64,000 nt of DNA, from contig CAVPLM010000003.1 in assembly GCA_963706025.1 (NCBI GenBank), positions 608,001 through 672,000 on the forward strand. Reading direction: 5' to 3'. Under the pieces are notes generated by a model. The model made no database searches, had not been told where the DNA came from, and saw nothing but the letters and a program-made list of their open reading frames with translations. Every line of letters starts with the position of its first letter. Position 1 is the stretch's first letter. The position numbers were made by a program, and so were the translations under genes. The stretch is from an uncultured Actinomycetes bacterium. GTDB taxonomy: Bacteria; Actinomycetota; Thermoleophilia; RBG-16-64-13. This document shows, piece by piece, positions 57,271 to 64,000 of the stretch.

Positions 57271-58551
57271 ATGCGGATCGATGTGCCCTGGGGCACCAGA
57301 ACGACTCTCGTCGAGGTGGACGCCCGCCGGGTGGCCGGCGTACTGGGCGCCAATGTGGAGAGGGCTGAGGATCCGGACGCGATACTGCGGGCGGCGATCG
57401 CGCGACCAGAGGCGGGCCTCAAGGAGTTCCTGGCCGGAGCTCCCTCGCCGCTGCTCGTGGTCGTGAACGATGCGACCCGGCCTACCCCGTCGGCCGATGT
57501 GCTGCGCGTGCTCCGGGCCGATCTGGAAAAGTGGCTGGGGAACCCGGGCAATGAACTGGCGTTCGTCATCGCCACCGGGACGCACAGGGTGGCGCTCCCC
57601 GAGGAGGTCGAGCACCTTTTCGGTTCTGAACTGGCGGGAGCACACGGGGACCGCATCTTCTGCCATGACTCCAAAGACGAAGGGCAGCTCGTTCGCATCG
57701 GCCGGACCGCGCGCGGCACCCAGATCTGGGTCAACCGACTCCTGGCGGAGGCCGGCAGCGTGCTCCTCATCAACTCGGTGGAGCCGCACTACTTCGCCGG
57801 CTACACGGGTGGGAGGAAATCGCTGTTCCCCGGCTTGGCCGGCTACGAAACGGTGTGGGCCAACCACAGGCTTTCGATGGAGACCGGCTCCGAGACCCTG
57901 GTCCTGAGGGGCAACCCGGTGCATGAAGACCTTGAAGACGCGATGACGATCGGCGTCGGGGAGAAGCAGGTCTTCTCCATCCAACTGGTGCTCGACAAAG
58001 ACCACCGCATCGGCTTCGCTGCCGCCGGCGATCTGGACGATACGTTCCGGCAGGCCGTCGCGGTGGCCGACAAGCAGTTCGTTCTGGACATAGAGCGGCG
58101 CTTCGAGATCGTGGTAGCCGTCGCGCCCCATCCCATGGACTGCAACTTCTACCAGACCAACAAGGCCATCCAGAGCGGGGCGCTGGCCGTCAAGGACGGG
58201 GGCGTCCTCATCGTGGTGTCGGAGTGCCCTTTCGGGCTGGGAGAGAACCAGATCCTGTTCGACATGCTGGCCGCGGCCGAGTCGCCCGCGGAGGCGCTCG
58301 AGCACGCCGATCAGGAGGAGTATCGGCTGGGGGTACAACAGGCCACACGCATCGCGGCCATCCTCGAACGGGTTGAGATCTGGGCCGTCACCTCGCTTAG
58401 GGACGAGGAGGTGCGCGCCATGTTCATGACTCCCTTCCCCGACGTGCAGACGGCCGTGGATGCCGCCTTGGCCAAACACGGCGAAGAGGCGCAGGTGCTC
58501 TTTCTGAAGGAGGCCAGCATCACGGTGCCCAGAGTGCGCGGGGCAGGCTAA
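57271..58551 (+). CDS. nickel-pincer-dependent 2-hydroxyacid racemase, LarA family
   Basis: VVVNDATRPTP, IATGTHR, CHD, EPHYFAGYTGGRKS..PG, NH, YQT.KA, GGVLIVVSEC..G. Confidence 0.9.
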   Translation: MRIDVPWGTRTTLVEVDARRVAGVLGANVERAEDPDAILRAAIARPEAGLKEFLAGAPSPLLVVVNDATRPTPSADVLRVLRADLEKWLGNPGNELAFVIATGTHRVALPEEVEHLFGSELAGAHGDRIFCHDSKDEGQLVRIGRTARGTQIWVNRLLAEAGSVLLINSVEPHYFAGYTGGRKSLFPGLAGYETVWANHRLSMETGSETLVLRGNPVHEDLEDAMTIGVGEKQVFSIQLVLDKDHRIGFAAAGDLDDTFRQAVAVADKQFVLDIERRFEIVVAVAPHPMDCNFYQTNKAIQSGALAVKDGGVLIVVSECPFGLGENQILFDMLAAAESPAEALEHADQEEYRLGVQQATRIAAILERVEIWAVTSLRDEEVRAMFMTPFPDVQTAVDAALAKHGEEAQVLFLKEASITVPRVRGAG

Positions 58552-58620
58552 CCGAGAGTGCGCGACGCAGGCTAAGGCCGGCCGCCCCGAAGCGGCCGGC
58601 TTGGAGCGCGCGAAGCGCTG

Positions 58621-59043
58621 CTAGGCCTCCACTATGCGGAACGACGACTTGATCGTCGTCCCCGGCTTGAGCATGGCCCAGACCGGGCACAACTGTTCCT
58701 CAGCTATCCGCAGGCTGCGCGTGATCACCTCGGGATCCTGGCCGGAGCCGTGCACCACGAACTCCAGATCGATATCGGTGAGGACGGTGGGGTGCTCGTC
58801 CCGGCGCGTCCCCCTTGCTTCGACCTCGAGGCCTTTCGGGCTCGCATCCACCCGACGAAGCAGCATGGCGAGGGTTCCGCCCGCGCACGCTGCGAGACTG
58901 GCGAGGAGCATCTCCAGCGGCGTAGGGCCGGAGGTCTCGCCTGGCTGCAGGGGGTAATCAAGATGCACCGAATGCTCGCCGGTACCTACGAGGAAGTGCA
59001 TGCCATCCTGGTGGACTGCGCGCGCACATAGTTCTTTGGACAT
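58621..59043 (-). CDS. OsmC/Ohr-family protein
   Basis: GPTPLEMLLASLAAC...EQLCPVWAML. Confidence 0.9.
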   Translation of the reverse strand: MSKELCARAVHQDGMHFLVGTGEHSVHLDYPLQPGETSGPTPLEMLLASLAACAGGTLAMLLRRVDASPKGLEVEARGTRRDEHPTVLTDIDLEFVVHGSGQDPEVITRSLRIAEEQLCPVWAMLKPGTTIKSSFRIVEA

Positions 59044-59246
59044 GTGGACCTCCCAGCTGTCTATCGAATTCGTATCATCATAGACGCGGTTGGCACTGCC
59101 GTGGCGCCCATTATCGGAGGAGCCGTCGGAGGATTGCTCTACCACTATCTGATCGGGAAGCCAAAGGCCGAGCCAGAGACCGCCTGACCCCAGATCCGAC
59201 CGTCAGGCCAGGGGGCTCCCGGTGTCATGGGAGCCCCTGTTTCTTC

Positions 59247-59275
59247 TTGAAATGACCCTATCCTTTGGGTATCAT
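59247..59275 (+). promoter_or_regulatory. sigma70 promoter of tRNA cluster
   Basis: TTGAAA-17-TATCAT ~30 bp upstream of tRNA-Tyr. Confidence 0.6.
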
Positions 59276-59307
59276 GCGAGTTCGCCTCCGCGTGGGGTTT
59301 CACGCGT

Positions 59308-59391
<84 letters not shown>

Positions 59392-59446
59392 TGAACCGGC
59401 GGTGGCCACAGCCAGTGTGGCGGCCAGTGGCAAGCTGGTCCGACGG

Positions 59447-59522
59447 GCCTCCATAGCTCAGTTGGCAGAGCACTTCCATGGTAAGGAAGGGGTCCTCGGT
59501 TCAAATCCGAGTGGGGGCTCCA
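59447..59522 (+). tRNA. tRNA-Thr(GGT)
   Basis: CTTCC-ATGGTAA-GGAAG anticodon arm, GGTTCAAATCC, 3' CCA. Confidence 0.95.
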
Positions 59523-59528
59523 TGACGG

Positions 59529-59602
59529 GGCGGCGTAGCTCAGTCGGTCAGAGCAGCGGAATCATAATCCGCGTGTCAGAGGTTCGAGTCCTCTCGCCGC
59601 TA
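59529..59602 (+). tRNA. tRNA-Met(CAT), elongator type, CCA not encoded
   Basis: GCGGA-ATCATAA-TCCGC anticodon arm, GGTTCGAGTCC. Confidence 0.9.
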
Positions 59603-59656
59603 TTAGGGTTTGTGGTAGCATGCACGGGCGTTATATGACTAGGGAGTGGTGAAGTA

Positions 59657-59806
59657 ATGCGGGTACGGGTAACGATGGCCTGCCAAGAATGCAAGCGCCG
59701 TAACTACACCACCATGAAGAACAAGCGCAACGATCCCGAGCGGATCGAGCTGCGCAAGTACTGCAAGTGGTGCGATACGGTCACGGCCCACAAAGAGACC
59801 AAGTAA
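59657..59806 (+). CDS. rpmG: 50S ribosomal protein L33 (Zn-binding form)
   Basis: Manual translation: [49 protein letters not shown]. Confidence 0.96.
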   Translation: MRVRVTMACQECKRRNYTTMKNKRNDPERIELRKYCKWCDTVTAHKETK

Positions 59807-59833
59807 TCGGGCACCGGAAGGCTGGGTAGGCGT

Positions 59834-59909
59834 AGGGCAGTAGCTCCAACGGTAGAGCGCCGGTCTCCAAAACCGGATGTTGGGGGTTCGAATCCCTCCT
59901 GCCCTGCCA
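59834..59909 (+). tRNA. tRNA-Trp(CCA)
   Basis: CCGGT-CTCCAAA-ACCGG arm, GGTTCGAATCC, 3' GCCA; upstream of secE. Confidence 0.96.
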
Positions 59910-59935
59910 CTTCTTCTGGAGATCGAGTAGAGACC

Positions 59936-60256
59936 ATGGCAAAGATAGTGAGTGACAAGTCAGCGGGCGAGGCCCAGCCCAAGCAGGCTGGTACCAAGAA
60001 GAGCGCTACTTCGCGCATCGCCGGCGTGCGTCCGTCCTCAGCTCCACGAGGGGCGGTGAGCACCAAGCCGCACGGCCGCGTTCGCACCTTCCTGCGCGAA
60101 GTCAAGATCGAGATGAGCAAGGTCACCTGGCCGCCGCGCAGGGAACTGCTGCAGGCCACCGGGGTGGTCATCATCGCGGTCGTCATAGCCGCTGTCTACA
60201 TCGGCGTGTTCGATTTCATCTGGAACGTGATCGTTCAAACGGTCGGGCTGGGCTGA
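59936..60256 (+). CDS. secE: preprotein translocase SecE
   Basis: FLREVKIEMSKVTWP plus one TM segment. Confidence 0.95.
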   Translation: MAKIVSDKSAGEAQPKQAGTKKSATSRIAGVRPSSAPRGAVSTKPHGRVRTFLREVKIEMSKVTWPPRRELLQATGVVIIAVVIAAVYIGVFDFIWNVIVQTVGLG

Positions 60257-60298
60257 TCGACGGACCCCAGTCCAACATCGCCGGGAGTCACCACAGCC

Positions 60299-60823
60299 AT
60301 GGATGCCAAGTGGTACGTCATCAATACGTACTCTGGTCACGAGAACAAGGCCCGCGCCAACCTGGAGCACCGCATCCAGTCGATGAACCAGGCGCAGTAT
60401 TTCGAAGAGATCGTCGTGCCGACGGAGCAGGTGGTGGAGACGAAGGGCGGCGAGAAGATCCAGGTGGAGAAGCGCATCTTCCCGGGCTATCTCTTGGTCA
60501 AGATGATCATCACCGACGATTCCTGGTCGCTGGTCAAGAACACCCCGGGGGTGACCGGCTTCGTGGGCTCGGAGAACAAGCCGACCCCGCTCATGCCCTC
60601 GGAGGTCGATCGTATCTTGCACACGTCCACGGTGGAGAAGCCCAAGGCGAAGGCCGAGTTCGTCGTGGGCGACCAGGTGCGGGTGGTTAGCGGACCCCTC
60701 ACCGATTTCACCGGGGAAGTGTCCGAGGTCAATATCGAGCAGAGCAAGCTGAAGGTCATGGTGTCCATCTTCGGGAGGGACACACCGACCGAGCTTGGTT
60801 TCGAGCAGGTCAAGAAGATCTAG
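60299..60823 (+). CDS. nusG: transcription factor NusG
   Basis: WYVINTYSGHENK, IFPGY, NTPGVTGFVG, KOW, IFGRDTP. Confidence 0.98.
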   Translation: MDAKWYVINTYSGHENKARANLEHRIQSMNQAQYFEEIVVPTEQVVETKGGEKIQVEKRIFPGYLLVKMIITDDSWSLVKNTPGVTGFVGSENKPTPLMPSEVDRILHTSTVEKPKAKAEFVVGDQVRVVSGPLTDFTGEVSEVNIEQSKLKVMVSIFGRDTPTELGFEQVKKI

Positions 60824-60866
60824 GTCGGTCGGACCGCGGATCCTGAGATAGAGACGGAGATTCAAG

Positions 60867-61292
60867 GTGGCGAAGAAGGTACGGGCGATAGTCAAATTGC
60901 AGATAGTGGGAGGCAAGGCCAGCCCGGCACCCCCAGTCGGCCCCGCGTTGGGTCAGCACGGCGTCAATATCATGGAGTTCTGCAAGGCTTACAACGCGGC
61001 CACCCAGGACCGCATCGACCAGGTAGTCCCCGTGGAGCTGACGGTTTTCGAAGACCGTTCATTCACCTTTGTACTCAAGACCGCCCCGGCTGCGGTCCTC
61101 ATCCGCCAGGCCGCCGGTATCGCCAAGGGGTCCGGCAACCCCCGCAAGGAGAAGGTGGGCAAGATCACCAAGGATCAGCTACGGCAGATCGCCGAGGTGA
61201 AGATGCCCGACCTGAACGCTCTCGACGTCGAAGCCGCCATGAACATCCTGGCCGGCACGGCGCGCAGCATGGGAGTCACCGTAGACGAATAA
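60867..61292 (+). CDS. rplK: 50S ribosomal protein L11
   Basis: [21 protein letters not shown]...GTARSMG. Confidence 0.98.
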   Translation: MAKKVRAIVKLQIVGGKASPAPPVGPALGQHGVNIMEFCKAYNAATQDRIDQVVPVELTVFEDRSFTFVLKTAPAAVLIRQAAGIAKGSGNPRKEKVGKITKDQLRQIAEVKMPDLNALDVEAAMNILAGTARSMGVTVDE

Positions 61293-61314
61293 GCCCGCAG
61301 CCCGCGGGCCGGAA

Positions 61315-61350
61315 GGTGGGAGGGCTCTGTCGCCCGTCTGACCACCAGGA
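61315..61350 (+). promoter_or_regulatory. putative L1-binding autoregulatory element upstream of rplA
   Basis: GGTGGGAGGGC...GCCCGTCTGACCACC stem with internal loop abutting the AGGAGG RBS. Confidence 0.6.
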
Positions 61351-61359
61351 GGTAGCAAG

Positions 61360-62073
61360 TTGAGCAAAAATTCCAAGCGCTTCCAGGAAGCCAAGAAAGC
61401 GATCGAGCCGGGTCGCGTCTATACGCCGCTGGAGGCAGCCAAGTTGCTGAAGGGCATGACTACGGCCAACTTCGACGAGACCGTGGAAGCCCACATCAAG
61501 CTGGGAGTCAATCCTCGTCACGCCGACCAGCAGGTGCGGGGCACGGTCATGCTGCCTCACGGCACCGGCAAGACCGTGCGAGTGGCCGTCTTCGCCAAAG
61601 GGGAGAAGGCCGCCGAGGCCGAGGCCGCCGGCGCCGATCTGGTGGGCGCCGAAGACTTGGCCGCGCAAGTGGAAGGTGGCATGCTCGATTTCGACGCGGC
61701 CATCGCCACCCCGGACATGATGGGCGTGGTGGGTAAGCTGGGCCGGGTGCTCGGTCCCCGTGGTCTCATGCCCAACCCCAAGGCGGGCACGGTGACTTTC
61801 GAGGTGGGCAAGGCCGTGCAGGACATGAAGGCCGGCAAGGTCGAGTACCGTACCGACAAGTTCGGGGTCGTGCACCTGATCGTGGGCAAGAAGTCCTTCG
61901 AAGCCGAGCATTTGGTGGCCAACTACAGCGAGGTGCTGGGGGAGATCGTCCGGGCCAAACCGGCTGCCGCCAAAGGCAAGTACCTGCGCAGCATCACCAT
62001 GACCACAACCATGGGCCCCGGCGTCCCCCTGGATACATCCAAGACCCGGGCTCTCTTGGAAGAAGAAGCCTAG
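61360..62073 (+). CDS. rplA: 50S ribosomal protein L1
   Basis: [32 protein letters not shown]. Confidence 0.98.
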   Translation: MSKNSKRFQEAKKAIEPGRVYTPLEAAKLLKGMTTANFDETVEAHIKLGVNPRHADQQVRGTVMLPHGTGKTVRVAVFAKGEKAAEAEAAGADLVGAEDLAAQVEGGMLDFDAAIATPDMMGVVGKLGRVLGPRGLMPNPKAGTVTFEVGKAVQDMKAGKVEYRTDKFGVVHLIVGKKSFEAEHLVANYSEVLGEIVRAKPAAAKGKYLRSITMTTTMGPGVPLDTSKTRALLEEEA

Positions 62074-62175
62074 CCGGCGAGGCGGCGGAGCGGGTGCCTT
62101 CTCTGGACACCGGCTGCGCGCCGGTCGCCGATGTGGTCATTTGGACCCGTGCTATAATGCCGGGCGTTATCCGCC

Positions 62176-62320
62176 AGAGACAGCTGGTGCCGCCAAGGCG
62201 GCAGAAGCGGTGAGGTCTTTGGGCCGACCCGCCAGCCGAGGTAGAGTGAGACCGACATAACGGCTCTGTTGAGCCTGTTTCAAGTCATCGTCCGCCTCTG
62301 CTATCGGAGGTGGACGATTT
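62176..62320 (+). promoter_or_regulatory. L10 leader (rplJ autoregulatory RNA)
   Basis: AGACAGCTGG...CCAGCCGAGG core followed by CGTCCGCCTCTG...CGGAGGTGGACG hairpin upstream of rplJ. Confidence 0.7.
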
Positions 62321-62343
62321 GTTTTCGAAGGAGGTGAAACAGT

Positions 62344-62868
62344 ATGCCGAGACCGGACAAGGTCGAAGCGGTCAGGGAGATAGCGGCCGACCTTCGGGCC
62401 ACCGATGTCTACTACTTCGTGGACTATCGGGGACTGACTTTCTCGGAGGCCACCGAACTGAGGGCCCGCCTGGTGAAGGTCGACGCCAGCCTCAAGGTGG
62501 TCAAGAACACTCTGGCTAAGATCGCCGCGGTCGATGCCGGCGTGGAGGGTCTGAGCGAACTCCTGCAAGGACCCACGGCCATCGCCTATTGCCATGGCGA
62601 TCCCGTACGGGTGGCCAAGACCATCCAGGACTTCATCAAGGAGAAGAAGAAGGCCGCCATTCGTGGGGGCAAGCTTCAGCGCTCGATGCTGACGGCGTCA
62701 GAAGTGGAGAGACTGGCCGCGCTTCCCAGCCGCGAGCAGCTCATCGCTCAGATGGTCGGCGCCATCGCCGCCCCGTTGACGGGGCTCGTGGGTGTGTTGA
62801 ACGGTCCCATCCGGGGACTGGTGATGGTGCTTGCTCAAGTGCAGGAGCAGAAGGCCAATGCCGCCTGA
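62344..62868 (+). CDS. rplJ: 50S ribosomal protein L10
   Basis: DYRGLT, VVKNTL, GPTAIA, LPSREQL. Confidence 0.98.
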   Translation: MPRPDKVEAVREIAADLRATDVYYFVDYRGLTFSEATELRARLVKVDASLKVVKNTLAKIAAVDAGVEGLSELLQGPTAIAYCHGDPVRVAKTIQDFIKEKKKAAIRGGKLQRSMLTASEVERLAALPSREQLIAQMVGAIAAPLTGLVGVLNGPIRGLVMVLAQVQEQKANAA

Positions 62869-62947
62869 GAACCGCGCCCTGGGGGGCGCCAGGTGGCTCT
62901 AATGTAGCGAAGGTATGGCAATCGAGATTGGAAGGAGTTGAGCTAAG

Positions 62948-63325
62948 GTGACCCCTCAAGAGCTCATCGAAGAGATCAAGAAGATGTCGGTGCTCGAGCT
63001 GTCGACGCTGGTCAAGGCTCTGGAAGAGGAATTCGGTGTGAGCGCCGCCATGCCCATGGCTATGGCTGCCGCTCCGGCCGGTGCGGCGGCTGCCGCGGTC
63101 GAGGAAGAAGAGAAGACTGAGTTCGACGTTATCCTCAAGGCCGCGGGCGAGAAGAAGATCCAGGTGATCAAAGTCGTGCGGGCCCTCACGGGTCTGGGTC
63201 TGAAAGAAGCGAAGGACCTGGTCGACGGAGCTCCCAATGCGGTGAAGCAGGCCGTGAACAAGGAGGAGGCCGAAGACATCAAGAAGCAACTGGAAGAAGT
63301 GGGCGCGGAGATCGAGGTCAAGTAA
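62948..63325 (+). CDS. rplL: 50S ribosomal protein L7/L12
   Basis: [26 protein letters not shown]. Confidence 0.98.
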   Translation: MTPQELIEEIKKMSVLELSTLVKALEEEFGVSAAMPMAMAAAPAGAAAAAVEEEEKTEFDVILKAAGEKKIQVIKVVRALTGLGLKEAKDLVDGAPNAVKQAVNKEEAEDIKKQLEEVGAEIEVK

Positions 63326-63515
63326 GGTGCGACGCCGTGCCGGGCGCCGGCGAGGCCGGCGCCCGGCACCGTATTTCAGGCTGGCGCCGGCTGTCGCCGG
63401 AGGGACATTGGTCCGACGACGGCCTTGCTTGTTGCGCGCAAAACGGCATGGTAGTATACCTGGTTGCGCGTTGAACCGCTGTGCAAAACCCCTGGCATGC
63501 GAGGAGTGATCCCCT

Positions 63516-64000
63516 TTGGGCGAAAGGAAGACTCCCAGACCGCGTAAATCCTTCTCCAGATTACCCCATATTCTGGACGTTCCCAATCTGATCGCCATCC
63601 AGACCGAGTCGTTCGATTGGTTCAAGACCAAGGGACTCAAAGAGACGATCGAGGACATCAACCCTATCGAGGACTACACGGGCAACTACGCTGTGGAGTT
63701 TGGAGAGTACGAGTTCCACGAGCCGTCGGTCTCGCTGAAGGAATGCCGGGACAAAGACCAGACCTATGCCGCGCCTCTGTTCATAACGGTGCGGTTCGTC
63801 AACCGAGAATCGGGAGAGATACGGGAGCAGAGCGTCTTCATGGGCGACTTCCCCATGATGACCGAGCAAGGCACCTTCATCATCAACGGTACCGAGCGGG
63901 TGATCGTCACCCAGTTGGTGCGGTCGCCGGGCGCCTACGTGATGGCCGCCAAGGACCCCACCAAACAGGTCCTTATCGCCAACCTCATGCCGGCCCGCGG
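63516..64000 (+). CDS. rpoB: RNA polymerase beta subunit (5' part)
   Basis: TTG start after GAGGAG: MGERKTPRPRKSFSRLPHILDVPNLIAIQTESFDWF...VFMGDFPMMT..GTFIINGTERVIVTQLVRSPG. Confidence 0.97.
   Translation, partial: MGERKTPRPRKSFSRLPHILDVPNLIAIQTESFDWFKTKGLKETIEDINPIEDYTGNYAVEFGEYEFHEPSVSLKECRDKDQTYAAPLFITVRFVNRESGEIREQSVFMGDFPMMTEQGTFIINGTERVIVTQLVRSPGAYVMAAKDPTKQVLIANLMPAR

Overview
GC-rich bacterial DNA, most likely from an anaerobic actinomycete of the Thermoleophilia/Coriobacteriia type. This is inferred from the tRNA-Tyr/Thr/Met-rpmG-tRNA-Trp-secE-nusG-rplKAJL-rpoB order without tuf and from the Thr/Pro-rich lipoprotein linkers. The last ~5 kb is core translation/transcription genes. 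From ~6.6 to ~58.6 kb lies a dense anaerobic catabolic super-cluster that looks aimed at methoxylated/polyhydroxylated aromatic compounds. It encodes a corrinoid protein with two UroD-family methyltransferases and two LIV-type ABC importers. It also has indolepyruvate:ferredoxin oxidoreductase with a beta-alpha ADP-forming acyl-CoA synthetase, a class III aminotransferase and a tungsten AOR. Three Mo/W-bisPGD enzymes are present: one acetylene-hydratase/catechol-dehydroxylase-clade enzyme with NrfD and Fe-S partners, and two pyrogallol-transhydroxylase-type alpha/beta pairs. Downstream-type enzymes are two SDRs, an LVIVD-repeat protein, a tandem EthD protein, a 3-hydroxyacyl-CoA-dehydrogenase-like protein, a BKACE, a thiolase and a LarA-family racemase. 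Control appears to come from paired FadR, paired IclR and a MerR-TetR fusion, with visible repeated operators. A lower-GC HTH-Panacea(DUF4065)/RelE-like toxin-antitoxin pair interrupts the cluster. Genes at ~3-14 kb carry many frameshifts (assembly error or decay). No CRISPR array, rRNA, integrase or transposase was seen. All calls come from motif recognition without database searches.
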